Positions 28,464 through 39,984 of a stretch of DNA of 64,000 nucleotides are shown here, piece after piece (the first letter of the stretch is position 1; each line of letters begins with the position of its first letter). The notes beneath the pieces are model-generated. The model was not told the origin of the DNA and ran no database searches. It saw only the letters and a list, made by a program, of their open reading frames with translations. Location of the stretch: positions 15 through 64,014 of the forward strand of contig PBMJ01000035.1 of assembly GCA_002722525.1 (NCBI GenBank). Reading direction: 5' to 3'. The DNA is from Acidimicrobiaceae bacterium (GTDB lineage: Bacteria; Actinomycetota; Acidimicrobiia; Acidimicrobiales; UBA8592). Made by a program: the position numbers and the translations under genes.

Positions 28464-31292
28464 ATGTCTCAACCAGCGGATTTCTCTCGAAGACACATTG
28501 GCCTCAATCAAGAAAATGAGCTTTCTATGCTCAAATTTCTCAATCTCGAGTCTATTGATGATCTTATCGATAGGACAGTTCCAAAATCTATCAGGGATTT
28601 ATCAGAAAATATTTCACTACCTCCAGCATTAAATGAAGTTCAAGCTATCGAACGACTTCAAGAGATCGCAGCACTGAATGTTGTCAATATCTCGATGATT
28701 GGACTTGGATATTACAACACCCATCTCCCAGCGGTGATACAGCGTAACATTTTAGAAAATCCTGCATGGTATACGGCATATACCCCTTACCAAGCAGAGA
28801 TATCACAAGGAAGGCTTGAGGCGTTACTTAATTTCCAAACGATGGTCTGTGATTTAACAGGGTGTGATATTGCTAATGCTTCACTTCTTGATGAAGCAAC
28901 GGCAGCCGCAGAGGCGATGACAATGCTTAAACGCCTTCACGGAGGAACCAAAAATTTGTTTTTTGTTGACTCTGAATGTTTTCCACAAACAATCTCTGTT
29001 GTTAAGACTAGGGCATCAGCCATGGGTATCGAAGTAGCGGTAGGTAACCCTGATGAAGCTCCTGCAGAATGTTTTGGTGTTCTATATCAATATCCCGGTA
29101 CATCTGGGGAAGTACCAGACTTATCTGATTCGATAGTACACCACCATGATGTAGGCCGACTCGTTGCAGTAGCCGCAGACCTCTTATCTCTATGTTTGCT
29201 TAAAGCTCCTGGTGAATCAGGTGCAGATGTTGTGATCGGCAGTGCTCAACGTTTCGGTGTTCCATTAGGTTTTGGAGGTCCACATGCTGCATATATCGCT
29301 ACAAAGCATGAAAATAGGCGAACTATACCTGGGCGGATAGTTGGTGTTTCTCTTGACTCCCACGGAAATAGTGCTTTGAGGCTAGCTCTTCAAACTCGAG
29401 AGCAACATATACGACGAGAAAAAGCAACAAGCAATATTTGCACAGCGCAAGTTCTGTTAGCTGTAATTGCAGGTGCATATGCGGTATATCATGGCCCTGA
29501 TGGGTTGCGTTCGATAGCAAATAATGTTCATGCATTAACCAGCAGACTCGCTGCAAACTTACGATCTAACGATTTTCAAATACTTAACGATACATGGTTT
29601 GATACTATTACAGTTAAAGTTCCGGATGAAGCAGTAACAGTATGTGAACGATCGCAACAAGCTGGAATCAATTTACGTCTGGTGGACAAGGATACGATCT
29701 CTATCTCTGTTGACGAAACTACGACAGTTGTTGAGATAAATAAGGTGCTCAACGCTTTTGGAGTGGCAGACGACAGTAGCGAAATATCAAGTCCCCTAAG
29801 CGACTCCCACTTAAGAGAAAGCGACTATTGTCTACACCCTGTGTTTAATAGCTACCATACCGAGACGGAAATGCTTAGGTATCTTCGAATACTTGCCGAT
29901 CGGGACTTAGCTCTAGATCGCTCTATGATACCTCTCGGTTCCTGCACTATGAAGTTAAATGCTACAACAGAGATGCTTCCGGTTACCTGGCCTGAGTTCT
30001 CCAATATCCATCCGTTTGTCCCGAAAGATCAGCGCAAAGGGTATGACATTCTGATATCAGAATTGGAATCGTGGCTTATAAATATAACTGGATACTCTGC
30101 AATTAGCCTGCAACCGAATGCTGGGTCTCAAGGTGAATTTGCTGGTTTATTGGCTATTCAGAAATATCATCAATCAAGAGGTGAACCTGAAAGAGATATC
30201 TGCCTCATACCTGCTTCTGCTCATGGTACAAATGCTGCGAGTGCAGCGATGGCAGGCATGAAAGTAGTAGTCGTAGAGTGCGACCAGAATGGAAATGTTG
30301 ATTTAGAGGATCTTGAGGCCAAATGTAAAGATAATAACAAGTCATTAAGTTCAGTAATGGTTACTTACCCATCAACACATGGAGTATTTGAAGAATCGAT
30401 AACCCAAATATGTGAATTAGTTCATGATCATGGCGGACAGGTCTATCTAGATGGAGCAAACCTCAATGCCTTAGTAGGAATCGCACAACCTGGAAAATTT
30501 GGTGCCGATGTATCTCACCTTAACCTTCATAAGACTTTTTGTATTCCCCATGGTGGTGGAGGCCCAGGAGTAGGACCTGTTGCTGTAGCAGATCACCTGA
30601 AGTCGTATCTTCCTAATCATCCACTTATTGAAGACTCCGGACCTTCATCTGGGATAGGTCCTATCAGTGCAAGCCCTTGGGGGTCGGCAAGTATTCTTCC
30701 GATTTCTTGGGCCTACATTGCGATGATGGGCGACAAAGATTTATTGCATGCAACAAAGATTGCAATCTTAAGCGCAAACTACATAGCAAAAAGACTAGGA
30801 GACTATTATCCAGTTCTGTTTACAGGTGAAGAAGGATTCGTTGCTCACGAATGCATTATTGATATTCGGCCTATAACTCAAAGTACAGATGTGAATTCAG
30901 ATGATATTGCTAAGCGCCTAATGGACTTCGGATTTCATGCCCCTACAATGTCGTTCCCAGTTGCCGGAACATTGATGATAGAGCCTACTGAATCTGAATC
31001 TCTAAGTGAGATAGACAGATTTTGTGAAGCGATGATCACTATCCGAAAGGAAATAACTGATATTGAAAACGGAGTTATCAATTATCTAGATTCGATGCTC
31101 CACAACGCTCCGCATACTGCATCTCACGTCACTAGCGATGCGTGGGACATGCAATACACAAGAGCCCAAGCAGCATATCCTGTCGACTTCCTTCAGAAAA
31201 ACAAATACTGGCCTCCAGTGGGGAGGATAGACGGGGCTCACGGAGACAAAAACTTAATGTGTAGCTGTCCCGATATAAGTGAATACCGTTAA
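28464..31292 (+). CDS. gcvP: Glycine dehydrogenase (decarboxylating), P protein
   Basis: [53 protein letters not shown]. Confidence 0.97.
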   Translation: MSQPADFSRRHIGLNQENELSMLKFLNLESIDDLIDRTVPKSIRDLSENISLPPALNEVQAIERLQEIAALNVVNISMIGLGYYNTHLPAVIQRNILENPAWYTAYTPYQAEISQGRLEALLNFQTMVCDLTGCDIANASLLDEATAAAEAMTMLKRLHGGTKNLFFVDSECFPQTISVVKTRASAMGIEVAVGNPDEAPAECFGVLYQYPGTSGEVPDLSDSIVHHHDVGRLVAVAADLLSLCLLKAPGESGADVVIGSAQRFGVPLGFGGPHAAYIATKHENRRTIPGRIVGVSLDSHGNSALRLALQTREQHIRREKATSNICTAQVLLAVIAGAYAVYHGPDGLRSIANNVHALTSRLAANLRSNDFQILNDTWFDTITVKVPDEAVTVCERSQQAGINLRLVDKDTISISVDETTTVVEINKVLNAFGVADDSSEISSPLSDSHLRESDYCLHPVFNSYHTETEMLRYLRILADRDLALDRSMIPLGSCTMKLNATTEMLPVTWPEFSNIHPFVPKDQRKGYDILISELESWLINITGYSAISLQPNAGSQGEFAGLLAIQKYHQSRGEPERDICLIPASAHGTNAASAAMAGMKVVVVECDQNGNVDLEDLEAKCKDNNKSLSSVMVTYPSTHGVFEESITQICELVHDHGGQVYLDGANLNALVGIAQPGKFGADVSHLNLHKTFCIPHGGGGPGVGPVAVADHLKSYLPNHPLIEDSGPSSGIGPISASPWGSASILPISWAYIAMMGDKDLLHATKIAILSANYIAKRLGDYYPVLFTGEEGFVAHECIIDIRPITQSTDVNSDDIAKRLMDFGFHAPTMSFPVAGTLMIEPTESESLSEIDRFCEAMITIRKEITDIENGVINYLDSMLHNAPHTASHVTSDAWDMQYTRAQAAYPVDFLQKNKYWPPVGRIDGAHGDKNLMCSCPDISEYR

Positions 31293-31331
31293 TCTTCTAT
31301 GGCAACTAGTTAATGAAGAAAAGAGGAAAAT

Positions 31332-32132
31332 ATGCCTGATGCACTAGTAGAGCGCGATGGACACATCATGACTGTCACGTTAAATCGTCCCAAAAGCAAG
31401 AATGCGATCTCTGGGCCGATGATTGTTCGGATGTATGATGCGTTCGTTGAAGCATCTGAGGATGACGAAATCCGCTGCATCATCGTGACTGGAGCTGCTG
31501 GAAACTTTTCTTCTGGCGCGGACTTGAAAGCGATGTCTGGCAACGCTGATGATGCGGATACAGGAATAGATATGAAAAAACGGTCATCTGAGGACCCCGA
31601 AATACACTGGAAAGGTTTGCTCCGGTCATATCGTCCTACGAAACCGATGATTGCTGCAGTTGAAGGAGTCGCTATTGCGGGCGGAACCGAAATACTTCAA
31701 GCAATGGATATTCGTGTTGCTGGGAAAAGCGCCAAATTTGGGATATCTGAAGCGCGATGGAGTCTATACCCAATGGGTGGATCAGCAGTACGTCTTCGAC
31801 GTCAAGTCCCATATACTGTTGCTGCTGACCTACTTCTTACTGGAAGGCATATCGATGCTGAAGAAGCTAAAGAGATCGGGCTGATCGGCCATATTGTTCC
31901 TGATGGTCAAGCTTTAACCAAAGCAAGGGACATAGCTGAGAGTATATGCAAAAATGGGCCACTTGCTGTTGAAGCGATACTGAAGACATTGCATGAAACA
32001 GATGGCATGACAGAAGAGGAAGCTTTAGCTCATGAATTCACATATGGATGGGAAGTATTTACGAGCGAAGATGCTAAAGAAGGGCCTCAAGCTTTCTCGG
32101 AAAAACGCACACCAAATTTCAGAAAAAAATAA
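31332..32132 (+). CDS. Enoyl-CoA hydratase/crotonase (EchA19-like)
   Basis: [45 protein letters not shown]. Confidence 0.88.
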   Translation: MPDALVERDGHIMTVTLNRPKSKNAISGPMIVRMYDAFVEASEDDEIRCIIVTGAAGNFSSGADLKAMSGNADDADTGIDMKKRSSEDPEIHWKGLLRSYRPTKPMIAAVEGVAIAGGTEILQAMDIRVAGKSAKFGISEARWSLYPMGGSAVRLRRQVPYTVAADLLLTGRHIDAEEAKEIGLIGHIVPDGQALTKARDIAESICKNGPLAVEAILKTLHETDGMTEEEALAHEFTYGWEVFTSEDAKEGPQAFSEKRTPNFRKK

Positions 32133-32134
32133 TA

Positions 32135-33169
32135 TTACTCACCAGATACAACATTGATTAGCGGTTTACCTTCTATAAACAATTGTGCATTCTCTACTAG
32201 TAACGCCACAGCGTTTTCCTCGTAACTATCAAAGGAAACCGAACAGTGTGGTGATAGGTACATATTTTTCGCGGACCAAATCGGGCTATCCATCGGTAAT
32301 GGCTCATTACGGGTAACATCTAAAATTGCTGCTCTAAGATGACTTGAATTTAATGCTTCAACTAGGTCATCCTCCACAACGTGCACTCCCCTAGCAATAT
32401 TACAGAAGATAGATCCGGGTTTCATTAGTGAAAAGCGTTCTCGATTGAACATGTCGCGCGTCTCATTATTAGCTGGGGCAGCCATCACAACCACATCCGA
32501 CATCCCGATCATCGTATCTACCTCACCTGGCGAGAAAATTTGATCGACATCTACGTCAAGGCAACCGATGTTAGGGTTTTTCTTTGATGCGAGAATTGTC
32601 ATCCCAAAGGCTCTTGCTCGAGTTGCTACTTCTCTCCCTATTGATCCTAAGCCCACTATTCCTATAGTTTTACCGTAAGCTTCAGACCCAAATTTAACCT
32701 TCCAACTTCTTTCACGTTGCTGCTGATCAATCGTTCTTAAGTCCTTTAAAACCTGCAATAATCTAGCAAATACGAACTCAGAAATTGATGCGGATGCTAT
32801 ACCTCGAGCGCTGGTTTGCACTACGCCCATTTCTGTTAGAATCGAAGAGTCTATATGGTCATAGCCAGCAGAAACTCCTTGAAACCAGCCTAGATTCGGA
32901 AACAATGACCGAGGATCACTCGGTAAGTCCATTGATACGATAGCAACACACTTCTGCCATTCAAGTTTCGTAGTATCATCGATGTCTGGCTCTGCATACA
33001 ATCCAGAATTCACCCCGCTATTCAAGCCGCGATCTGACCTAAGTTCGTTTGCTTCAATGTATGGAGTGTTAATAATTTCGATCGGATAATCTTGACACAA
33101 CTTGCTAAGAGACTCGTGCTCTTTCCTTAATGGAAATAACATTCCCATCTTCAATTTTTCAGTAACCAT
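32135..33169 (-). CDS. D-2-hydroxyacid dehydrogenase family protein
   Basis: SAGYDH, GIVGLGSIG, NIARG, LDV...EPL, SPH. Confidence 0.9.
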   Translation of the reverse strand: MVTEKLKMGMLFPLRKEHESLSKLCQDYPIEIINTPYIEANELRSDRGLNSGVNSGLYAEPDIDDTTKLEWQKCVAIVSMDLPSDPRSLFPNLGWFQGVSAGYDHIDSSILTEMGVVQTSARGIASASISEFVFARLLQVLKDLRTIDQQQRERSWKVKFGSEAYGKTIGIVGLGSIGREVATRARAFGMTILASKKNPNIGCLDVDVDQIFSPGEVDTMIGMSDVVVMAAPANNETRDMFNRERFSLMKPGSIFCNIARGVHVVEDDLVEALNSSHLRAAILDVTRNEPLPMDSPIWSAKNMYLSPHCSVSFDSYEENAVALLVENAQLFIEGKPLINVVSGE

Positions 33170-33233
33170 GTCTGCCCCTTAGCATCATTGCCCATCTTAA
33201 GGGTATTCTGCGCTAAGGAGAATTTAAGAGGAG

Positions 33234-34112
33234 TTGGCGTTGAAGAACAAAGTAGCAGTAATTACAGGTGGTGCGAGCGGCATAGGAAAATCGTTGTGTT
33301 ATCGATACGGCCGAGCTGGCTACAAAATATGTATAGGTGATATAGAAGAACCAGCCTTGACTAAAACAGTTGACGATCTAACTGTAGAAGGCATTGTTGC
33401 GTATGGATACACTTTGGATGTATCTAAGGATTCATCTATGGAAAAATTCACCGAATCTATCCTAGAGGATGTAGGACCCCCAGGAATTATATGTCTAAAT
33501 GCAGGTGTCGGAGCTGGCGGTCCAATTGATGCTACGGAAATTAAAGATTGGGAATGGATTCTTGCAGTCAACTTATGGGGAGTTATCTACGGAGTTAAAA
33601 ACTTTCTGCCAGTATTGAAAGAAGAAAACGATGGACATATTGTATTTACTTCATCGATAGCTGGGCATCTCTCATATCCTGGCATGGGGCCATATAACGC
33701 AAGTAAGCACGCTGTTCTGACAATAGCTGAAACACTCTACTTCGAATTGGAACAGATGGAATCTAATGTAGGAGTCAGCGCATTATGTCCAGGGCTTGTA
33801 AGAACAGGAATTCTAGACAGTAATAGGAACCGTCAGGAAAAGTACAGAGTTCCAGCCCTACAGCAAGAAGAGCAAGAAGACGATCGTAAAGAACTTATTG
33901 AAGAGATATATGCCAACTCTTTGTCTCCCGACGTTGTTGCAGATCTAGTTTTCGAGGCTGTCGAAGCGAAAAAGTTCTATATATTTACCGATAAAGCGCA
34001 CCATGATCATATGCGCATTCGCCATCAACGAATAGAGACCGCAAGTAACCCGTCATTAGATGGAGACCTGATAGATCACATCACGACAGGAATCAATGAG
34101 CGAGAAAACTGA
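33234..34112 (+). CDS. SDR oxidoreductase
   Basis: TGGASGIG, NAGV, VNLWGVIYG, YNASKHAV. Confidence 0.9.
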   Translation: MALKNKVAVITGGASGIGKSLCYRYGRAGYKICIGDIEEPALTKTVDDLTVEGIVAYGYTLDVSKDSSMEKFTESILEDVGPPGIICLNAGVGAGGPIDATEIKDWEWILAVNLWGVIYGVKNFLPVLKEENDGHIVFTSSIAGHLSYPGMGPYNASKHAVLTIAETLYFELEQMESNVGVSALCPGLVRTGILDSNRNRQEKYRVPALQQEEQEDDRKELIEEIYANSLSPDVVADLVFEAVEAKKFYIFTDKAHHDHMRIRHQRIETASNPSLDGDLIDHITTGINEREN

Positions 34113-34118
34113 ATCACT

Positions 34119-35498
34119 GTGAACCGTGAACATTACGATTTAATTATTATCGGAACCGGAAGTGGTAACACGATAATTACGTCAGAGTTTGACTCTTGGA
34201 AAATAGCAATAATCGAAAAGGGGATATTCGGAGGAACATGCCTCAATCGCGGGTGCATCCCATCAAAAATGTTGGTTCATGTAGCCAACACCATTTGTGA
34301 AATTGAAAGAGGTGAGCTTATTGGAGTCGACGCGTCAGTTAACGGCCTTAGATGGAAAGATATTGTAAATCGTATTTATGGCCGCATTGACCCTATAGCA
34401 GAAGGAGGCGAACAATACAGAGAGAATTTGCCCAATGTAACTGTCTATAAAGGGCACGCAAAGTTCGTCGATAATAAAGTCATTGAAGTTAACGGCATCC
34501 AATTATGTGGCCATAAAATAGTGGTCGCAACTGGGGCTAAACCATTTATTCCACCGATACCTGGATTGAGTGAAATCCCTTATCAAACTTCCGATTCGAT
34601 TATGAGACTTGACTCATTGCCAAAATCTTTATCTATTATCGGCGGAGGTTACATTGCTACTGAGATAGCGCATATCTTTTCATCTTTTGGCTGCCGTGTA
34701 ACTGTTTTTGCTAGAGGTCCTCGACTATTGAGAGGTCAAGATAAGGAAATCGGTCTTCGGTTTACGGAGTCCTTTAGAAACAAAGTAGATGTGCATCTTA
34801 ATGTAGATTTTCAAGATATTTTTGAGGATGAGTCTGCTGGAGTGTCTATTTCATGTCTGACTCCCCTCGGTCATGTTTCGCTCTCAAGCGAAATGTTGCT
34901 TGTGGCAACTGGAAGGACGCCTACAGCAGATGAGCTTAATTTGGATTCCACTGACGTATCGACAGAATGTGGGTACATAGTAACGGATGAAAATATGAGG
35001 ACGTCCGTCGATGAAGTTTTTGCTTTGGGTGATGTTACAAATCCGTATCAATTAAAACATTCGGCGAATGCCGAAGCACGGGTGGTCTCACACAATCTAA
35101 TAGATCCGGATAATCCAATATCAGTAGATCTTGACCCTATGCCATATGCAATATTTAGCAACCCACAAATAGCATCGGTAGGTGCAACAGAAGAGGACCT
35201 TCTAGAAAGCCAAACTGAGTATGTTAAGGGGGTTGCTGATTATTCAGAGGTAGCTTACGGGTGGGCGATGGAGAACACAGATGGGTTCTGCAAAGTGCTT
35301 GCATGTCCTCATACTGGAAAAATATTAGGAGCTCATATCATGGGGCCACAAGCTTCAACCCTAATTCACCAACTGATTCAAGGTATGAAGTTCGGTCAAG
35401 GTGTTCAAGAACTCTCAAGGGGTATGCTCTACGTGCATCCGGCCTTAAACGAAGTCGTAGAAGTTGCCCTATTGAAAGCCAATGACTCACTACATTGA
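34119..35498 (+). CDS. mtr: Mycothione reductase
   Basis: IIGTGSGN, GGTCLNRGCIPSKM, YQLKHSAN.EARVV.HNL, YSEVAYGWAME, HPALNEVVE. Confidence 0.85.
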   Translation: MNREHYDLIIIGTGSGNTIITSEFDSWKIAIIEKGIFGGTCLNRGCIPSKMLVHVANTICEIERGELIGVDASVNGLRWKDIVNRIYGRIDPIAEGGEQYRENLPNVTVYKGHAKFVDNKVIEVNGIQLCGHKIVVATGAKPFIPPIPGLSEIPYQTSDSIMRLDSLPKSLSIIGGGYIATEIAHIFSSFGCRVTVFARGPRLLRGQDKEIGLRFTESFRNKVDVHLNVDFQDIFEDESAGVSISCLTPLGHVSLSSEMLLVATGRTPTADELNLDSTDVSTECGYIVTDENMRTSVDEVFALGDVTNPYQLKHSANAEARVVSHNLIDPDNPISVDLDPMPYAIFSNPQIASVGATEEDLLESQTEYVKGVADYSEVAYGWAMENTDGFCKVLACPHTGKILGAHIMGPQASTLIHQLIQGMKFGQGVQELSRGMLYVHPALNEVVEVALLKANDSLH

Positions 35499-35565
35499 AT
35501 TACTTATTAGCCCTGATAGAAAAATTCCCACACCCTGAAGGCATATCTGATCTATCCTCAGGTGT

Positions 35566-36657
35566 ATGAGTAGTTCGTTCGGTTCAATATTTCGTATACA
35601 TACATTTGGTGAGTCTCACGGTCCATCTGTGGGTGTCGTGATTGACGGTTGCCCACCGAGGCTTTCTCTCTCAATCGCCGATATTCAAAAAGATTTAGAT
35701 AGGCGCCGACCAGGCCAAAGCTCTTTAGTAACCCAACGAGATGAAGCTGACATAGTTCAAATACTTAGTGGCTTACATGAAGGAAGAACGCTAGGTACTC
35801 CCATTGCTTTAACTGTCCAAAATAAAGATCAAAAAAGTGGCGCTTATGATCACTTAAAAGATGTATATCGCCCATCGCATGCTGATTACACAACTGACGC
35901 TAAATACGGAATAAGAGCCCACGAAGGTGGGGGTCGCTCTAGCGCCCGCGAAGCAATTGGGAGAGTAGCGGCCGGAGCTATAGCAAGAAAAATATTGGAG
36001 GAGGCTTGTGGCATAGAAGTGCTTGGATGGGTTCAGAAGGTTCATTTAATTTCAGCAAATATAGATCCATCCCAAGTTAGCTATGAAGAGGTCGAGGCTG
36101 ATCCCACCCGCTGTCCTGATCCTAAAGCAGCAGCTGATATTGCAGATGCAATCAAAAAAGCGCGTAAAGACGGAAATAGCTTAGGAGGGGTAGTCAAGTG
36201 CGTTGCGCGTAACGTGCCAGCCGGACTTGGAGATCCTGTGTTTGATAAGTTAGAAGCTGATTTGGCTAAAGGTTTAATGAGCTTACCGGCTTCAAAAGGT
36301 TTCGAGATCGGTAGTGGTTTCAAAGGAACAGGAATGACCGGACGGGAGCACAATGATTTATTTGAAATTGGCGATGACGGAAATCCACGAACTAGAACTA
36401 ATAATTCAGGCGGAGTTCAGGGAGGGATTTCAAATGGTGAAAACGTGATGGTTCAAATAGCCTTTAAACCTACCGCAACGATCGCTTCGTCACAGGAAAC
36501 CATAGATAGAGATGGAAATGAAGTCGAACTTTCAGCAAGAGGACGTCATGATCCTTGCGTTCTACCAAGAGCTGTCCCTATGGTCGAAGCTATGATCTGT
36601 CTTGTTCTTTGTGACGCGCTACTACGTCAGCGATCTATTAACATTTTTGATTCATAA
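35566..36657 (+). CDS. aroC: Chorismate synthase
   Basis: [35 protein letters not shown]. Confidence 0.97.
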   Translation: MSSSFGSIFRIHTFGESHGPSVGVVIDGCPPRLSLSIADIQKDLDRRRPGQSSLVTQRDEADIVQILSGLHEGRTLGTPIALTVQNKDQKSGAYDHLKDVYRPSHADYTTDAKYGIRAHEGGGRSSAREAIGRVAAGAIARKILEEACGIEVLGWVQKVHLISANIDPSQVSYEEVEADPTRCPDPKAAADIADAIKKARKDGNSLGGVVKCVARNVPAGLGDPVFDKLEADLAKGLMSLPASKGFEIGSGFKGTGMTGREHNDLFEIGDDGNPRTRTNNSGGVQGGISNGENVMVQIAFKPTATIASSQETIDRDGNEVELSARGRHDPCVLPRAVPMVEAMICLVLCDALLRQRSINIFDS

Positions 36658-36668
36658 CGAATAATGAA

Positions 36669-37739
36669 TTACGCCGAACGGTAGAAAGGTAATCTCACAA
36701 CCTTTGCGTCGCTATCATTTTTCTTTGCTCGTATACGCACCTGTGTTCCGTCTTCTACCTCAGTCGGAATAAAGCCCATAGCTATCCCAGATCCGAGTGT
36801 TGGTGAATAGTTTCCGCTTGTTACTTGACCGATCACCTCGCCATTTAACAGTATGTCTTGACCATGGCGGGGTGGTCTACGACTTTCTGAGATAAACCCA
36901 CGTAAAGAACGACTAGGGTCATTATCTAGTTCATATTGTAAAGCTTCTTTCCCGAAGAAGTTCCCTTTATTCATAGAAACGACCCATTGCATATTGGCTT
37001 GTAAGGGGCTTATCCCCTCACCCAGTTCTTGTCCATGCAATGGCAATCCAGCTTCGAGGCGCAAGGTATCTCTCGCCCCCAGTCCTGCAGGTATGCAACC
37101 AGCTTCAAGTAATGACGTCCAAAGGACCGGAGCAGAAATTTTTGGGATGCTTATTTCTACTCCATCTTCTCCCGTATATCCTGTTCCAGCGACCGTTACT
37201 GGTATCCCGTTAATATCCATTTCTCTAACATGAAATCTTTTAACTCTTGCCGCTTCAGCAGATAAAGAAGCCAGTACCTTCCTAGAAGTGGGACCTTGGA
37301 CTGCTATGACCGCTCTATCTTCAGTAATGTTGTTGATGGTTAGTTTTTTCTTGCGGCGAACTATAGCTTCTTCGACTCTTTGAGTATTTGACGCATTGGG
37401 CATAACTTCAAACTTATGCTCTCCGAGCCACCATATAATCACATCGTCAACAACATAGCCTTTTTCGTTTAGCAGATGAGAGTACTGTGCACGTCCCGGA
37501 GAAATTTTTGTTAGATCGTTAGTAAATGCGTATTGCAACTCTTCAAATGCCTCTTCACCTTCTATAAGAACGGATCCGAGGTGAGAAACGTCGAACATCA
37601 CACAAGCGTTACGACATTGATCGTGTTCACTTAAAGTCCCAGTGGGATACGATATTGGCATTTCCCATCCAGCAAACTCAACTAGTTTCGCTGAAAGCTT
37701 TTGGTGTTCTTCAAGAAGAGGCGAACGTTTTAAAGTCAT
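36669..37739 (-). CDS. gcvT: Glycine cleavage system aminomethyltransferase T
   Basis: FAGWEMP, FDVSHLG, AVQGP, TGYTGEDG, GLGARDTLRLEAG. Confidence 0.95.
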   Translation of the reverse strand: MTLKRSPLLEEHQKLSAKLVEFAGWEMPISYPTGTLSEHDQCRNACVMFDVSHLGSVLIEGEEAFEELQYAFTNDLTKISPGRAQYSHLLNEKGYVVDDVIIWWLGEHKFEVMPNASNTQRVEEAIVRRKKKLTINNITEDRAVIAVQGPTSRKVLASLSAEAARVKRFHVREMDINGIPVTVAGTGYTGEDGVEISIPKISAPVLWTSLLEAGCIPAGLGARDTLRLEAGLPLHGQELGEGISPLQANMQWVVSMNKGNFFGKEALQYELDNDPSRSLRGFISESRRPPRHGQDILLNGEVIGQVTSGNYSPTLGSGIAMGFIPTEVEDGTQVRIRAKKNDSDAKVVRLPFYRSA

Positions 37740-37751
37740 CAGAATAAGTGA

Positions 37752-38246
37752 TTAATTACCTGATGCTGTTTGTGTTCCCAAGTTTATATTGATGTTTTGT
37801 TCATCGATTTCTGGATGAAGTTCGACGATAGCGGCATCAATCTCCTCTTTAACGTTAGACAAAGGCAATATGTTCAGGACACCTTGACCCTTTTGTAAGA
37901 GATCAATTATTTCTTCACCGCTTTTTACTAGTACGGATTTATTGCCAGAAATAACCAGATTTGCCGATGTAACGTCTTCACCTAGGTTTTCTTTAAGATA
38001 CGTGAATACTTCTCGAACAAGCTCTAATTTTATCCCAGCATCAAGTAGATCTTTAACCACTCTTAGTTCAAGCAGATCTTTGTATGAGTAGGCTCTTCGG
38101 CTTCCGCTTCCCTTTGCTGTTTCTAATGACGGAACAATTAGTCCAGTTCGAGTCCAGTAGTCAAGCTGACGATACGTGATTCCAACAATTTCAGATGCTT
38201 TGGTTCCACTAAAAGATCCAGTCGGATTATCTCTCTTCATTTCCAA
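37752..38246 (-). CDS. MerR-family regulator (Rv1830/McdR-like)
   Basis: GITYRQLDYW.RTGL..PS...AKGSGSRR.YSY.DL, IDLLQKGQGV; syntenic position. Confidence 0.88.
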   Translation of the reverse strand: MEMKRDNPTGSFSGTKASEIVGITYRQLDYWTRTGLIVPSLETAKGSGSRRAYSYKDLLELRVVKDLLDAGIKLELVREVFTYLKENLGEDVTSANLVISGNKSVLVKSGEEIIDLLQKGQGVLNILPLSNVKEEIDAAIVELHPEIDEQNININLGTQTASGN

Positions 38247-38278
38247 CTCCCCCTTCCATGTGCAAAATACACATAAGG

Positions 38279-38330
38279 AATTACGGTCATGTAACCATCT
38301 AAAGGGTATGTGAACAAATGCCTATCCACA
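38279..38330 (-). promoter_or_regulatory. Putative promoter with palindromic operator and two DnaA-box-like 9-mers
   Basis: AATTACggtcatGTAACC (38279-96); -10 TACCCT on minus strand (38303-08); TGTGAACAA (38309-17) and CTATCCACA (38322-30). Confidence 0.4.
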
Positions 38331-38377
38331 ACTTTGAGCGCATTTGGTAAGAGAAACTCCTAAATTCATAGGATTTT

Positions 38378-38875
38378 TCATAGTTCTTCACCTAAGAAGT
38401 CATCAGGTGTTACATCATCAAGAAAATCCCGAAACTCTGCTAGAACATGCTCTTCTTGGTCATTTTCATCATCTGGAATGTGATATCCAGCTTGTTGAAG
38501 CACTTCATCAACCACACAAATAGGCGTTTCCATCCTTAAAGCAACAGCTATAGCATCACTAGGTCTACAAGAGATTTTTTTAGTTCCATTTCCATCTCTG
38601 AGATGTAATTCAGCGAAAAAAGTTTTATCTTTGATCTCGGTTACTACAACACGTTGAAGTTCAGCATCAAGGTTTTGTATAACAATTGCCAATAGGTCGT
38701 GAGTAATAGGCCTCGGAGGTTCAACTTGATCCATTGCTAAAGCAATTGAAGTAGCTTCAGCGCTTCCGACAAAGATTGGTAGGAAAAGCCCCCGATCAGT
38801 GGACTCACGAAGTAAGACAATTGGCGAAGAAGCTGGAAGTTCAACTCTGACGCCTACTAGCTCCATTTCGATCAT
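38378..38875 (-). CDS. Bifunctional nuclease family protein (DUF151)
   Basis: LPIFVG.AEA, PPRPITHDL, RPSDAIAVALR, FRDFLDDVTPDDF. Confidence 0.92.
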   Translation of the reverse strand: MIEMELVGVRVELPASSPIVLLRESTDRGLFLPIFVGSAEATSIALAMDQVEPPRPITHDLLAIVIQNLDAELQRVVVTEIKDKTFFAELHLRDGNGTKKISCRPSDAIAVALRMETPICVVDEVLQQAGYHIPDDENDQEEHVLAEFRDFLDDVTPDDFLGEEL

Positions 38876-38943
38876 ATCTAGAACATAACTGTCTTTTGAG
38901 AAAATAACTCAGGTAGACATATTTTTTGTAATAATTAAACCGC

Positions 38944-39606
38944 CTAATGAATAAAACGTCGAACGAGCAGCGATTTTAACTCGTAGCCGAGATGGGATAT
39001 CTCGGTTACGGCATACTTCGCATCTTCACCAGCTAAGCCTACTAATCTTTGATCAAGAACAGCTGCTTCGCTTTCAGCTGCTCTTCGGTATGCGCGAAGA
39101 TGTCTTGGTTCGATACCAAATCCTAAAAAGCGTGAAACAATCTGAGCGATTAATAGGTCGTCTACAGTATAAGTTTCTCCGCTAGAAGTATTTTTTTTAG
39201 GAAGTAAACCGAACTGCTCCATTGCTCTAAAGTCTGTTTCCGTTAACCCGCTTCGTTGGAGAATTTCGTTCTTGGATATTTCTAAAGAATCGTCTGGGGG
39301 TAAAGCAGGATCAACGTCATGGAAATTCCGTTCATTTTGGGGTCCTGATTCTAATTGTCGGGTTCCAGAACTTAACCGTTCTCGTATTACTCTTAAGGGC
39401 AGAAAGTGTTCGCGTTGCTGCCTGAGTACCCAGCGAAGTTGCGCCAGATCGCTCTCCGAATATTTCCTATATCCTGATGTTGTTCGTTGCGGGGTCAGGA
39501 GACCTCTAGATTCTAAATATCTGACCTTTGAAATTGTTAGGCCAGAGAATTCGTTAGAAAGGACATCAACGACTTCTCCGATGGTGTAATTGGATTTTTC
39601 ATTCAC
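38944..39606 (-). CDS. MerR-family regulator (Rv1828-like)
   Basis: IGEV...EF..LTISKVRYLE..GL..P.RT.SGYRKY, GIEPRHLR; GTG 39606 overlaps the FHA gene end (ORF-track start 39684 too long). Confidence 0.88.
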   Translation of the reverse strand: MNEKSNYTIGEVVDVLSNEFSGLTISKVRYLESRGLLTPQRTTSGYRKYSESDLAQLRWVLRQQREHFLPLRVIRERLSSGTRQLESGPQNERNFHDVDPALPPDDSLEISKNEILQRSGLTETDFRAMEQFGLLPKKNTSSGETYTVDDLLIAQIVSRFLGFGIEPRHLRAYRRAAESEAAVLDQRLVGLAGEDAKYAVTEISHLGYELKSLLVRRFIH

Positions 39607-39982
39607 TAGTAGTTTCCTGAAAGAAGACCAATTTAAATTTGCCGATTTGCAATGTGTCTCCTGGTGAGATTTCAGTTTCTTCATCGATTTGAGACATATT
39701 TACATAAGTACCGTTTAAGGAACCGACATCTCGGACACGTGCCGTGTTGGATGATATTTTGACTTCAGCGTGCCTTCGAGAGACTGTAATATCGTCAAAA
39801 AAGAGATCGCTTTTGGGGTGTCTACCAAGTGTTGAGATCTCTCGGTCTAGAATAAATCGAGAGCCGGCTAGTGGGCCTTCAGTGACTACAAATCCTGTAC
39901 CTGTAGCTGTTCCTGAGGCTGAAGCGACGTCGTTATGCCCATCTGAAAGAAAATAGGTCTCTGTTGGCTCGTCAGCTTCCAT
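39599..39982 (-). CDS. garA: FHA-domain protein (GarA/OdhI-like)
   Basis: GRHP.SDLFFDDITVSRRHAE, DVGSLNGTYVN, QIGKFKLVF; syntenic with gcvH. Confidence 0.8.
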   Translation of the reverse strand: MEADEPTETYFLSDGHNDVASASGTATGTGFVVTEGPLAGSRFILDREISTLGRHPKSDLFFDDITVSRRHAEVKISSNTARVRDVGSLNGTYVNMSQIDEETEISPGDTLQIGKFKLVFFQETTSE

Positions 39983-39984
39983 AA

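Noticed and set aside
39607-39684. Long overlap between the FHA gene and the MerR ORF start given in the track
   Set aside because: MerR-like sequence begins at GTG 39606; the extension is an upstream in-frame artefact.
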